A program made the translations under genes and the position numbers. Shown here one piece after another: positions 32,501 through 40,652 of a DNA stretch of 64,000 nt (position 1 is its first letter; each line of letters starts with the position of its first letter). The notes below the pieces were generated by a model. The model saw only the letters and a list, made by a program, of their open reading frames with translations, did not search any database and was not told the DNA's origin. The DNA comes from a virus, in IMG/VR virus record IMGVR_UViG_3300025849_000032, positions 3,129 to 67,128 of that record; one strand, written 5' to 3'.

Positions 32501-34243
32501 GCTTCCGACTTAGCTAATATTGTAAACAAAGTTAACAGAGCTGATTATCTAGCCGAGTGGATAGAGAGTAAAGATTTAGTATTCTCTAGCGACAACTTGA
32601 ATAAAATAGAAGCTATATATGGTACTAACTTTAGAGAAGCTCTCGAGGACATGCTGTATGCTATGGAGATTGGTAGTAATAGACCTACAGGTAAAGATAA
32701 AGATGTTAACAAGTTTTTAAACTGGATCAATGGCTCTGTTGGAGCTGTGATGTTCTTTAATACTAGGTCCGCAGTGCTACAGACTTTGTCTACTGTTAAC
32801 TTCTTGAACTTTGAAGATAATAATATATTCTCAGCTGCTAAAGCATTTGCTAATCAAAAGCAGTTCTGGTCTGACTTTTCTATGATATTTAACTCTGACA
32901 TGCTAAAACAAAGACGTGCAGGGTTAAAAATAGATGTATCAGCTAACGAACTAACTGAAGCTTTCTCTAAAGGTAAGAGTAAGACTGAAGCTATTATAGC
33001 TCATCTACTTCAATTAGGTTTTACACCTACACAGTTAGCGGATAGCTTCGCTATAGCTATGGGTGGTTCAACGTTCTATAGAAACAGAGTTAAGAAATAT
33101 TTAAAAGAAGGTAAGTCTCAGAAAGATGCAGAGTCTCAAGCGTTTTTAGATTTCCAAGAGATAGCAGAAGAGACACAACAGTCTTCTAGACCTGACCTTA
33201 TATCTAAACAACAGAGAGGAGTTCTTGGTCGTATAATACTTGCATGGGCAAATACTCCAATGCAGATGACTAGACTAACTAAGAAAGCTTTATCTGACTT
33301 AGTAAATAGAAGAGGAGATACTAAAGCTAATATATCTAGAATTATATACTACGGTGTTGCTCAGAACATCATATTTGGTACGCTTCAAACTGGTCTTGCT
33401 TTCTTAGCATTTGGCTCTGAAGAAGAAGAGGAGAAGACTGATGCCAAACAGTTACGTATGGTAAATGGTGTATTCGATACTTTACTTAGAGGTACTGGAG
33501 TTTGGGGAGCTGCTGCTTCTACATTGAAGAATATTATAATGCAGTTACACGAAGAGCTTGGTAAAGGCTTTGGCAAGAAAGACTGGTCTCGTATTAGTCA
33601 GAAAATATTTGATTTATCTCCACCACTCGGTACTAAGCATAGAAAGATAATGAATGCCATAAAGACATATGACTATAATAAAGATGTTATAGAGAAAATG
33701 GATCATGGTATTAATAACCCTGGCTGGAACGTATTTACTAATGTAGTCGAAGCTATGACTAACGCTCCTATTGCTAGAGTACTTAATAAAGCTCAGAACC
33801 TGAAGCTAGCAATGCAAGCTAATATAGAACCTTGGCAAAGAATAGCTATTGGATTAGGTTGGAGTGCTTGGAGTGTAGGTGTTGAAGATCAAGAAATCAA
33901 AGATGTTAAATTAGAGGTTAAACAAGATAGAGCTGAAAAGAGTAAGGAAAGAGCTAAAGAAAAGAAAGCTAAGAACAATGCTGATAAGCAAAAAGAAAAA
34001 GAATCTAAAGGTCTTAAAAAGGTTAGATGCTCAGGCATTAAATCTGATGGTAATAGATGTAGTATTAGAGTAGAAACTAAAAATAAATCTGCTAAGTGCA
34101 CATACCATAAAGCTTTTAAGCCTGGTGGAGATTCAGATGGCGATGGTAAAAAAGAATACAGATGTAAGGCTTCTACCTCTTCGGGTAACAGATGTAAGAA
34201 TAGAACTGAAAATAAAAACAAAAAGTGCTATGCGCATCAATAG
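26516..34243 (+). CDS. Giant multidomain (polyvalent) virion/ejection protein: HExxH protease, sigma-like segment, possible His-Me nuclease-like segment, HAD domain, helical C-terminal region, Cys/His repeats
   Basis: AAHEFLH (28265-28279); NFDPESNDSLFGWVNSQI; FDFDETL..LTAR..K..FVDD; two CxxxxxxGxRC...CxxH repeats; start GTG 26516 or ATG 26519. Confidence 0.8.
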   Translation: MMKKYNLNGRVISVRPEHEQQFLENNPTATLVVGNQGDSNQSANVESQTSAQNPQQESTELKSVDGSSESQEELSWSEGLIEFAKGFADPDEYSQAYDFISEVPGNIVNSLEVMLESVNNAMMDANKRVGEATGMFDALESLSDYDKGSTSELIDKEIIKSYNNIDKIKAERGDTGKGFIKGLKGEGFADVIGATSSFIAGTLETIIPAMLTRGTSLFPQIVAPMYTEYNATKAKALYGDNEEAIEKLVENDELEIMVPLVLGTAAVGLEKVGLEGITKYAFGKKTASNLTIKLLGTMSTEGTTEWAQSGIEKFSSSIAEQKDITQASADAWDHLLSEEGAEAFLSGFIGAGGSAAGGRAINRAFTNDAESLNTLNNVANEISSLNEKKQLTKNKVARKAIQTRIDDLSSKLKTYVENNRGLKNYITEEQRSSLINLMENKDDLTSQISDLQKELDAGRITGKEFDDSTKGLSDKIKSIDTSIFDIKQEAVKIQSSKLVEKVKTKISSLGLKGSIEELTSKEIEDLDLGFEKTEDGKFVLDKEGNKIKNSKSISTEYGAIVQNLDGSFKIIINKDKPAIGTAAHEFLHVVLAKTLGENQSIAAKIASALNEHVNTLKGDQSVMRDRLDRAYGDSEYYNEETITVMSESILDGTLKFDDGFFTKIGDFVRQFLQEKGFKEIELNTGKDVYNFIKDFNKSVQSDKFNKAFADVAKEGVKGSLAKEGSVAKEGVKPKANDTDSTIKKSADVKPEVDELGSMGWTKDTWKSQGADLAIAEMQANKMLDGLIAAKMKGGLRDGSNDIKKDFISKVYAELTSHVKNFDPESNDSLFGWVNSQISNKAGNVYNREYKDKSLERAVDIDATTSEGAPLVQIEADTDVLMEAIDEIGLDETEVEERSRLRRDIRLDGKMMQTVRNAVIKTFGTKLPNVDSKKFRTALEKAFRTELKKPLQDLMGGRSEYDLFLRNHAKAIIKAFPVETLVQMERNLKPEQRIFTESRRITKPTEVDELISEGKLPKDTNRTSGPQLHTKKSFPGVEKVMAYFRGKDMETVLGYKVGASTLGTRKDKLAMELGVELAFDATAETIQNPEVAEKRQMILELQGIEQLENELAVIGKQIDRDPSIKFSKKGNIAKDFYGDVMDGGMTENSVRVAANKHYPDSNKSALNKIVKQTLKKVGIVIERDEVLQGKLKEISGKTKVDVLLEIDAQDNFKKGVKNALRGLLEAESNGKAIDPGTLANTVKGLNAQRNHLVNVVGSLVETEGLVKGVEVVIAHTQAMYAGAGKAGDGGLMPHKPGGQIIPTPNWNGDNGLKWKVYTQADVNAGRVPKGKKIGDFKLDSKGRKISRDNRQQATNGVEDFVALINQGLPKGTILTNPSKGKFVLTDAKTGVKTDLNTSLHGESSASLFSDMKRKGVKQTFKDRKQASLDARKVTKVVLDLAWSKINKGEMTAGDFGLLVMSIGSSMNSPLRRSAYADRVPSNYKQLIAKYGPKAVGKLFQYEHGTPKEAVATKIIQSYLDTGKMSDKVWDNYTVQVIHKALDRIIDASGHKYTERIDGQPRAFNAQTIALAVDLSSKDFNELAPLESLDPSDTEVMGKNWLEVVDLLRNKVELSPNVLSRAGKGARTMKWSKDAGTKGMSTFDFDETLIIDGENFITATDPVTGKELKLSSGEWPIKGPGLAADGFTFDFSDFVNVRGGTDGPLLQKMKNQVKKYGNKNVFVLTARMQDAAGPIHGWLKSKGVDIPFKNITGLGDGRGEAKAEWMLDKFAEGYNDMYFVDDAMPNVDAVKKVLDQLDIKSKVVQAKIKFSKDASKDFNDMLERNKGVASSDVVSAARAKIRGKQVRGTFFVPPSAEDFKGLIYSFLGKGKQGDQDLRWFKENLFDPFSKATREMDSVKQKMTEEYNAIKKAFPDTIKGLSKKIAGTDFTLDNAIRVYLWNEAGIEVPGLSEKEVNALWSSVKADPKSEAFAQALSAMSRQADGYLSPNNHWTAETIASDLANIVNKVNRADYLAEWIESKDLVFSSDNLNKIEAIYGTNFREALEDMLYAMEIGSNRPTGKDKDVNKFLNWINGSVGAVMFFNTRSAVLQTLSTVNFLNFEDNNIFSAAKAFANQKQFWSDFSMIFNSDMLKQRRAGLKIDVSANELTEAFSKGKSKTEAIIAHLLQLGFTPTQLADSFAIAMGGSTFYRNRVKKYLKEGKSQKDAESQAFLDFQEIAEETQQSSRPDLISKQQRGVLGRIILAWANTPMQMTRLTKKALSDLVNRRGDTKANISRIIYYGVAQNIIFGTLQTGLAFLAFGSEEEEEKTDAKQLRMVNGVFDTLLRGTGVWGAAASTLKNIIMQLHEELGKGFGKKDWSRISQKIFDLSPPLGTKHRKIMNAIKTYDYNKDVIEKMDHGINNPGWNVFTNVVEAMTNAPIARVLNKAQNLKLAMQANIEPWQRIAIGLGWSAWSVGVEDQEIKDVKLEVKQDRAEKSKERAKEKKAKNNADKQKEKESKGLKKVRCSGIKSDGNRCSIRVETKNKSAKCTYHKAFKPGGDSDGDGKKEYRCKASTSSGNRCKNRTENKNKKCYAHQ

Positions 34244-34244
34244 T

Positions 34245-34275
34245 TAACTGTATTGCTTAGCATGTAATATTATAA
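34245..34275 (+). promoter_or_regulatory. Class II promoter candidate
   Basis: TAACT gtattgcttagca TGTAAtattataa in the intergenic gap after the giant gene. Confidence 0.7.
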
Positions 34276-34298
34276 GTGTAACAAGTAAAAAAATAAAC

Positions 34299-34646
34299 AT
34301 GGGAAAATTTTCAAATGACTTTACAGGTCAAATAACAGGTTCGGCATATTGTGATGCAGCTTCGGCTATAACACCGCCTTCAGATAAGGTTATTTTAGGT
34401 ATATATTTCATACAAGATAATGTTCTCGCTGCTTTAGTAGCTGAAGATCCAGAAATGCATATTAATACTGTTGGTTCAGCACACGAACAAGATAATGCTG
34501 GTAGTAATAGTCAGGACCACGGTGATGGTGGTTTAACTCTTAGTGCGGCTAAATTTCCTGCCGGATCTACTATATACGGTAGGTGGACTAGTGTTACACC
34601 CGCAGCCGATGCAGATGGTGGTATTATTGTTTACTTCGGTAAGTAA
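34299..34646 (+). CDS. Hypothetical virion protein
   Basis: FPAGSTIYGRWT motif; A-rich leader. Confidence 0.65.
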   Translation: MGKFSNDFTGQITGSAYCDAASAITPPSDKVILGIYFIQDNVLAALVAEDPEMHINTVGSAHEQDNAGSNSQDHGDGGLTLSAAKFPAGSTIYGRWTSVTPAADADGGIIVYFGK

Positions 34647-34858
34647 TGGAAATATTTAAAGACAATAATAACTGGAACGAAAAAGCTGTAGTAGGCTTTA
34701 TAGCGTTTGCAGTTATGTGCTTAATAATGATAGCTGACTTAGTAACTGGCTGGGTTGGAGAAGATCTAATAATAAACGAATACGTCTACAATTCATTTGT
34801 ATGGGTTGTGCTTGGTTGCTTCGGTATATCTGGCGTAGAAAAGTTTGCTAAAAAATAA
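34646..34858 (+). CDS. Small two-TM membrane protein (holin-like)
   Basis: Two hydrophobic helices, basic C-terminus. Confidence 0.65.
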   Translation: MEIFKDNNNWNEKAVVGFIAFAVMCLIMIADLVTGWVGEDLIINEYVYNSFVWVVLGCFGISGVEKFAKK

Positions 34859-34861
34859 GAT

Positions 34862-35029
34862 ATGGCTTTTAAAATGACAAGTCCTTTGAAAAAAAAAGGA
34901 ACCAAAGATGCTTGCTACAACAAAGTAAAATCAAGAGTTAAAGTATGGCCATCAGCTTATGCTTCAGGTCAACTAGTACAATGTAGAAAGCGTGGTGCCT
35001 CTAATTGGGGTGTTGGTAAAAAGAAATAA
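34862..35029 (+). CDS. Small basic protein, 55 aa (MAFKMTSPLKKK...DACYNKVKSRVKVWPSAYASGQLVQCRK), not in ORF track
   Basis: ATG 34862 to TAA 35029, fills the gap exactly; WPSAYASG motif. Confidence 0.75.
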   Translation: MAFKMTSPLKKKGTKDACYNKVKSRVKVWPSAYASGQLVQCRKRGASNWGVGKKK

Positions 35030-35030
35030 T

Positions 35031-35393
35031 ATGGCTTATACTCAAAAAACTAACCCTCTAAAGAAGCGATGCTGGAAAGGTTATTCACCTACACCAGGTA
35101 AGAATCCATCAGAAAAAGGTAGTTGTAAAAAAAACTCGCCTGTTAAGAAAGTTAAAGGTGGTGGTACAAAAAAAGTTTGTCTACCAGCTTCTAAGGTTAG
35201 AAGTATGAGTACTAGCGAAAAGTCTAAAGTTACTAGTGCCAAGCGCCAAGCGGCTAAGAGCGGTGGTTATAAAAGATCTAGTAAATCCAATGTTAAAGGT
35301 GCTAGAAAGTCTGGTGCTACACTTAGAGACTGGTTTAAGAAAGAGAACTGGGTTCAAGTTGGAAATCCTAAGAAAAAATGTGGAGATAAGTAA
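35031..35393 (+). CDS. Small basic Cys-containing protein (CWKGY, KVCLP, LRDWFKKENWV motifs)
   Basis: ATG 35031 preferred over GTG 34992 because the 34862 gene occupies the overlap. Confidence 0.7.
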   Translation: MAYTQKTNPLKKRCWKGYSPTPGKNPSEKGSCKKNSPVKKVKGGGTKKVCLPASKVRSMSTSEKSKVTSAKRQAAKSGGYKRSSKSNVKGARKSGATLRDWFKKENWVQVGNPKKKCGDK

Positions 35394-35752
35394 TGGCATA
35401 CAAACAGAAAAATAACCCGAATAAGGTTACTAGTTGCGGTAGAAGAAGAACTTTTACTCAGGGTAATGACTTGCCTGAAGATCGAACTAAAAGTAACCCT
35501 TTTAAGAAGCTAAGAAAAACTACTAGAGGTAAAGGCAAGCATTTTCTCCACGCGGACGAAGGTGCTGGTATGACTGCTGCTGGTAGAGCTGCTTATAAAA
35601 AAGAAAACCCTGGTAGTACTTTGTCTGCGCCAGTAACTGGTGAAGTAAAAAAAGGTAGTAAAGCTGCAAAACGTAGAAAATCTTTCTGTGCTAGGTCAAG
35701 AGGTTGGACTGGTGAAAGAGGAAAGGCAGCTAGACGTAGATGGAAATGCTAA
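35393..35752 (+). CDS. Small basic protein (RRKSFCARS...ARRRWKC)
   Basis: TAATG coupling on both sides; very Arg/Lys rich. Confidence 0.7.
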   Translation: MAYKQKNNPNKVTSCGRRRTFTQGNDLPEDRTKSNPFKKLRKTTRGKGKHFLHADEGAGMTAAGRAAYKKENPGSTLSAPVTGEVKKGSKAAKRRKSFCARSRGWTGERGKAARRRWKC

Positions 35753-36810
35753 TGAGAAGAATACTACTACTGTTACTGCTAATTAGTCAAAGTGCTTTTG
35801 CTCAGTTAGATTTCTTAAGGTTCTCTACTTTCTACGCGAGCTTCTCTACGAGCACACCACAAATAATGCCTACTAGCTTTAGAGTAGAAGGTGTAGCCCC
35901 TGATAACGTCTGGGAGCATGTGAGTAACTTTGTAGATGGTAGACTCGTGGAGACTACACAGATAAACGATCCTAACGTTATAATAACATTAGGTATTCGC
36001 AAGATAGCTAGATTCAATTATCAAGTTAAACAAAGTAATTTCTACACAGGAAACGAACACGAGGCTAGTGACTACGCAACAATATCTAACGCACCCGGGT
36101 TAGAGTATCTATTACAATACTCTTTTAATAGAAACAATGGAGTAGACGTATCTCAGCAGGAGTATAACATTAGGTATATATCAAACATGTTTACAGCTAA
36201 AGTAAACTATGTAGATAATAAGCTCATAGATTTAAAATATACTTTAGGAGAGTTAAGGTTTCGTAAGAACTTTGGTGGTTTAGATTTTACTATTGGAGTA
36301 GCACATCGCTCACACCCTGTATATGGTTGTAATCCTATGGATGATTATCAAGGTACTTGGGAAGAGTTTGCTATTAGCGAAATGTATTTACCCACAGCGA
36401 ATGGTATATGGATGCAGGTAGATGAAGAGACAGGTAGCCTTGAATGGATAGCAGGTAGTGATAACGAGTTTTATAAATACCACTTTGGTAGAGCAGTTAA
36501 CAATTATAATAAACGTATCCTTGATGGTATAGGTCTACAGCAAGAACTATCAGCGGTGTTAGGTTTAGATTATTATCTATACAGAGAGAATTATTGGCTA
36601 CACACTTGGGGATCTTTATACCCTATGCATAAAGGTTTAACAGATTTCTCTTATCAAAGAGATTCATCACAAGAAGAATGGGATGCTGGGCTTATTTTTG
36701 GCGTTAACTTAAACAGACACTTGAGTATGTTCGTTGAAGGTAGACATCTAAAGTTTTGGGGCTTACCATCATACGAATTAAAAACTGGTATAAACTACTT
36801 AATATTTTAA
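35752..36810 (+). CDS. Secreted, probable outer-membrane beta-barrel protein
   Basis: Signal peptide MRRILLLLLLISQSAFA-Q; alternating aromatic beta strands; C-terminal GINYLIF ending in Phe. Confidence 0.6.
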   Translation: MRRILLLLLLISQSAFAQLDFLRFSTFYASFSTSTPQIMPTSFRVEGVAPDNVWEHVSNFVDGRLVETTQINDPNVIITLGIRKIARFNYQVKQSNFYTGNEHEASDYATISNAPGLEYLLQYSFNRNNGVDVSQQEYNIRYISNMFTAKVNYVDNKLIDLKYTLGELRFRKNFGGLDFTIGVAHRSHPVYGCNPMDDYQGTWEEFAISEMYLPTANGIWMQVDEETGSLEWIAGSDNEFYKYHFGRAVNNYNKRILDGIGLQQELSAVLGLDYYLYRENYWLHTWGSLYPMHKGLTDFSYQRDSSQEEWDAGLIFGVNLNRHLSMFVEGRHLKFWGLPSYELKTGINYLIF

Positions 36811-36811
36811 C

Positions 36812-37090
36812 ATGAGTAAAGAATTAAGCGAAGACACTACGTTAAACATAAGTATCAAGACTTTAGCTGGTATAGCCGTTCTAATATTCACCTTAGTCGG
36901 AATGTGGTTTACATTACAGGCTGATATAGCAGAGGCTAGACAGTTGCCAGAACCTGCGGATCCAGAAATTACTAGAATGGAGTTTGATATGAAGGATAAA
37001 CTGATACGTCAAACTATTATGTCAACTCAAGAGGATGTGACGGAGATAAAAGACGATTTAAAAGCAATTAAACAAAAGCTGTATGAATAA
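36812..37090 (+). CDS. Single-TM protein with coiled coil
   Basis: TLAGIAVLIFTLVGMWFTL TM; paralogous to 40652-40975. Confidence 0.7.
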   Translation: MSKELSEDTTLNISIKTLAGIAVLIFTLVGMWFTLQADIAEARQLPEPADPEITRMEFDMKDKLIRQTIMSTQEDVTEIKDDLKAIKQKLYE

Positions 37091-37451
37091 GTTACTACTA
37101 GCGTTAATGGTACCAACTTTTATAACAGCTCAAGAGTTTGTAGACCCTAATACTTTTGATTTTAGAACAGCGAAAGGAACGGTGGTAATAGAGTTCTGGG
37201 CTGAGTGGAATGCAAGTAATCAAGTTGATTTTTTACCCTCGTTAAAAGATTGTGAGTCATATAGATTATGCATAGTTAAAGGTGTTAAGGTTCAAGAAAA
37301 ATACAAAGTAACAGCTATACCTACAGTTATTATATTTGACAACGGTGTAGAACAATCTAGGTTTGACCCTAACATTATGATGCAACTACAAGCCACTAAG
37401 AAGCAAGTTCAAAAAGCTATAGATAATATAACATTAAGCAAATTTCAATGA
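37083..37451 (+). CDS. Thioredoxin-fold protein lacking CxxC, with signal peptide
   Basis: VVIEFWAEWN (vs FWAxWCGPC), YKVTAIPTVIIFDNG cis-Pro loop. Confidence 0.75.
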   Translation: MNKLLLALMVPTFITAQEFVDPNTFDFRTAKGTVVIEFWAEWNASNQVDFLPSLKDCESYRLCIVKGVKVQEKYKVTAIPTVIIFDNGVEQSRFDPNIMMQLQATKKQVQKAIDNITLSKFQ

Positions 37452-39343
37452 AATGGATAGGGCAACATATATTTGATCTCATCGCTAGGTTTAGATCCTC
37501 TGTTATAATGGAGAGTCTACCTACTGAAACCCCTGTTAGTTTCTTAGGTGTTAACGCTAGTAATGAAGTAGTTAAGGGTGCTATAACAGCTACTAAGACT
37601 ACAGCAGGTATTGTAGAGTTAGCTACCACAGCTGAGACTACTACGGGTACAAGTGAGACGTTAGCTGTAACACCTGATGGTTTAAAAGATGGTTATCAAG
37701 GAAGTACTAATGTAACTACGTTGGGCACTGTAGCTACAGGCGTGTGGAACGGTGACGCTTTAACTCAAGCTTATATAGGTGCAGAAGCAATAAACGAATC
37801 AAAACTACAAGTCTCAAATGCTCCTGTCAACGGTTACATGTTAACTGCTCAGTCGGGTAATACAGGTGGACTTACGTGGGCTGTTATTCCTACTGATACA
37901 AACACTAATATCGCTAACACAGATTTAACTGCGACAGGTGATAGAACTTTAAATTTAGATAGTAATGATTTAATTTTTTCTAATGTAGCAGATCTTACTC
38001 TTAATGCACAAAGCACTATTATAAATGGACAGTTTGCAGCTATAAAATCAGGGGCTGATGCGCCTGACTTTAGAATATATGAAGATTCAGATCATGGTAC
38101 TAACTATGGTAAGTTTACACTTGGAGCACTAGGTGCTAATAGAACTTACACATTACCTGATGCAACAGGTACAATAGCTTTAACAAGTAACATACCTACT
38201 GGAAACTCTATAATAGATTGGACTGGGGCTAGTGCAGGTACAATACACTCTACAAATATTCCTACACTAAATCAAAACACTACAGGATCTGCAGCTACAC
38301 TTACTACTGCTAGAACTATAGGAGGAGTTAGTTTTAACGGCTCTGCTAGTATTGATTTACCTGGCGTTAGTGAAACAGGAGATCAAGACACGAGTGGTAA
38401 CGCAGCCACAGCCACGGCACTACAAACAGCAAGAGATATAGGAGGTATTAGCTTTAATGGAACTGCAAGTATAAATTTACCAGGAGTAAATACTTCAGGT
38501 AACCAAAACACGAGTGGTAATGCAGCTACAGCTACAGCCCTAACAACTGGTAATAAAGATATAACTGGTACTTTAAATGTAAAGACTACTACTGCAACAG
38601 CTAACCCCTTTATAAGTTTTAGTCAAACTACAACCAGAAGAGCTTTTATTCAGTTAGCAGATAATAATGCAGGTTTTGAAAACCATCTTAGAATAGCTTC
38701 AGAGTATGGTCCTGTAAGTATTGCTGCAGCTGGTACTGCAGGTAGTGATACCGACACTGTTTTTTTTATGGTAGAGCCAACAGGTATATTTAAGTTCGGA
38801 GCTGTAGACTCAGATGCTGTACTTACCACTGATGGTAACATGACTTTTAGGATAGATGCAGATAACGATGAGACATCTCAAAAGTTTTCATTTCAAAACA
38901 ATGCAAGTACAGAAATAGCTAGCCTAAATGAGTCTGGAGTATTAGATCTTGAAGGTATTGTTAGACCTGATATAACATATATAAAAATACTACATAGTGA
39001 TTTTATTGCTGATGATGTTGGTAGACCTGCACAAATAGATGATACAGGTAGTGATAGATGGTTAAAGTCACATAGTACTGCAAAGCTATATGCATCTGTA
39101 GAAATACCATTAGGATTTAAAGCAACTCACGTTGATGTATACGGTAGTGGCACATCTGCAGTAACTGTATACGAAGCTGATGTAGACTCTAAAACTGTAA
39201 CAAGTAAAGGTACAGGAAATATAGGAACTCAAATAAATATTACAGATGTTACTGCTGATGCTACAAATTACTTATTAATAGAGTTAGCACAAACAAGTAG
39301 TGAAGAAGTATACGGAGGTAAAATAACAATAGCAAAAGAATAG
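37448..39343 (+). CDS. Tail fibre protein
   Basis: GIVELATTAET..AVTP repeat, RTYTLPDATGT, and SGNAATATALQTAR.IGG.SFNG.A.I.LPGV repeats typical of fibres. Confidence 0.8.
   Translation: MKWIGQHIFDLIARFRSSVIMESLPTETPVSFLGVNASNEVVKGAITATKTTAGIVELATTAETTTGTSETLAVTPDGLKDGYQGSTNVTTLGTVATGVWNGDALTQAYIGAEAINESKLQVSNAPVNGYMLTAQSGNTGGLTWAVIPTDTNTNIANTDLTATGDRTLNLDSNDLIFSNVADLTLNAQSTIINGQFAAIKSGADAPDFRIYEDSDHGTNYGKFTLGALGANRTYTLPDATGTIALTSNIPTGNSIIDWTGASAGTIHSTNIPTLNQNTTGSAATLTTARTIGGVSFNGSASIDLPGVSETGDQDTSGNAATATALQTARDIGGISFNGTASINLPGVNTSGNQNTSGNAATATALTTGNKDITGTLNVKTTTATANPFISFSQTTTRRAFIQLADNNAGFENHLRIASEYGPVSIAAAGTAGSDTDTVFFMVEPTGIFKFGAVDSDAVLTTDGNMTFRIDADNDETSQKFSFQNNASTEIASLNESGVLDLEGIVRPDITYIKILHSDFIADDVGRPAQIDDTGSDRWLKSHSTAKLYASVEIPLGFKATHVDVYGSGTSAVTVYEADVDSKTVTSKGTGNIGTQINITDVTADATNYLLIELAQTSSEEVYGGKITIAKE
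38270..38550 (+). repeat. About 39-codon tail-fibre repeat, roughly 2.5 copies
   Basis: cacgagtggtaacgcagccacagccacggcactacaaac vs cacgagtggtaatgcagctacagctacagccctaacaac; repeated ataggagg..ttag.tttaa.gg. Confidence 0.8.
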
Positions 39344-39348
39344 TATAT

Positions 39349-40086
39349 ATGGCACTAGGTAATAAAAAAGGTGGTACTATACACAACAAAACAGGAGACG
39401 CAAAGAATAGGTTAAAAGCTAAGTACGATGCTGGAGATCACACTGTCTTAGAAAATTATCCTGCTGAGGCTGCTGTACTATATCAGATGCAACAAATGTC
39501 TGAGGATATAGACGAACTACGTAGATACTTAACTTCAGAAGTTGGTGATGGTGCTCAAGGGCCTCAAGGACCTGCTGGAGCAAAAGGAGATACTGGTGAT
39601 GCAGGAGCAGATGGCTCTAACGGTAGTGCAGGAGCTAGAGGGCCCGCAGGTAATGATGGTGCAAGAGGTGCTGCTGGAGCTGCAGGTGATGTGTATGGAA
39701 ACGTAATAAAGATACTACCTACACAGTTTATGGGTAATGATGATGTTAGTTATGAACGTACTGTTATTGAAGATGATGTTAGAGGTAAGTTAGGAGTTAG
39801 AGTAACTCATTCTTCTCAAGAAATATTTGCAGCAGTAACTATACCTGAAGGTAAAAAGGTGACAGGGTATGCTGTATATGCTAGTAGTAGAGTAGCCACG
39901 TATTTAAATGGTGTAGTTAACACTACAGGAGTATCATCCGAAATAGGTAATGGAGATTCTGGTTCTGTTATAAATTTAAGAACAGCATACAACTCTGCAG
40001 AAACTAATTACGTTGCTATAAAGGTTATGACTACATCGACAGGACAAGTAATATACGGAGCAACAATAATTATAGCAGACATATAA
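39349..40086 (+). CDS. Collagen-repeat fibre protein
   Basis: G-X-Y run GAQGPQGPAGAKGDTG...; C-terminal domain paralogous to that of 37448-39343. Confidence 0.8.
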   Translation: MALGNKKGGTIHNKTGDAKNRLKAKYDAGDHTVLENYPAEAAVLYQMQQMSEDIDELRRYLTSEVGDGAQGPQGPAGAKGDTGDAGADGSNGSAGARGPAGNDGARGAAGAAGDVYGNVIKILPTQFMGNDDVSYERTVIEDDVRGKLGVRVTHSSQEIFAAVTIPEGKKVTGYAVYASSRVATYLNGVVNTTGVSSEIGNGDSGSVINLRTAYNSAETNYVAIKVMTTSTGQVIYGATIIIADI

Positions 40087-40110
40087 TAATATAATAGTAA
40101 AAATAATAGT

Positions 40111-40302
40111 ATGGCACTAAACGGGAAATATATATCACTAAAATCAATAATGGAACAAGTGTATGCTGATAATGGGTATCAGTACGATGCTGATATTAAT
40201 TCTGGTTTTACTTACCACTATGTTACCGCAGTAATAGAGTTCGATCTAAATAATGGCTTAGGTACTGGCACATCTAGTGCTGAGTATGATTCTAATCAAT
40301 AA
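40111..40302 (+). CDS. Short, possibly chimeric/remnant ORF
   Basis: 63 aa; N-terminus MALNGKYISLKSIMEQVYADNG resembles starts of crAss-like tail ring proteins (from memory). Confidence 0.45.
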   Translation: MALNGKYISLKSIMEQVYADNGYQYDADINSGFTYHYVTAVIEFDLNNGLGTGTSSAEYDSNQ

Positions 40303-40313
40303 CTTTAAATAAA

Positions 40314-40652
40314 ATGAGTATATTCAAGATATTTGGCGCAGAAACTAATACTGTTGTTATAGACAAGTCTACTTACTCTACATATGCTGACAACAATAGG
40401 AGAGGATCTGTTAACGTAAAAGTAAGTTCTATAACCGTGGTAAATAACAACCCCGCTAATAATGTTACTGTAGATTTATTAATAGTCAACAACGCTGATA
40501 CAAGCGTAAAATACTATATAGCTAAAAGTGTTATCATACCGGTGGGTGTGTCATTACTACTAGACAATCCTTTTTCTTTTAATGCAGATACACATTCTCT
40601 TAAAATAACTAGCACCGGAACTGGTGCTAATATATCTCTTATAATAAACTAA
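40314..40652 (+). CDS. Hypothetical beta-rich virion protein
   Basis: SSITVVN...YYIAKSVIIPVG pattern. Confidence 0.65.
   Translation: MSIFKIFGAETNTVVIDKSTYSTYADNNRRGSVNVKVSSITVVNNNPANNVTVDLLIVNNADTSVKYYIAKSVIIPVGVSLLLDNPFSFNADTHSLKITSTGTGANISLIIN

Noticed and set aside
26516-34243. Virion RNA polymerase as in crAss-like phages or N4
   Set aside because: No DxDGD/DFDID-type catalytic motif in a polymerase context; FDFDET belongs to a HAD motif set and the C-terminal DSDGDG lies between Cys repeats
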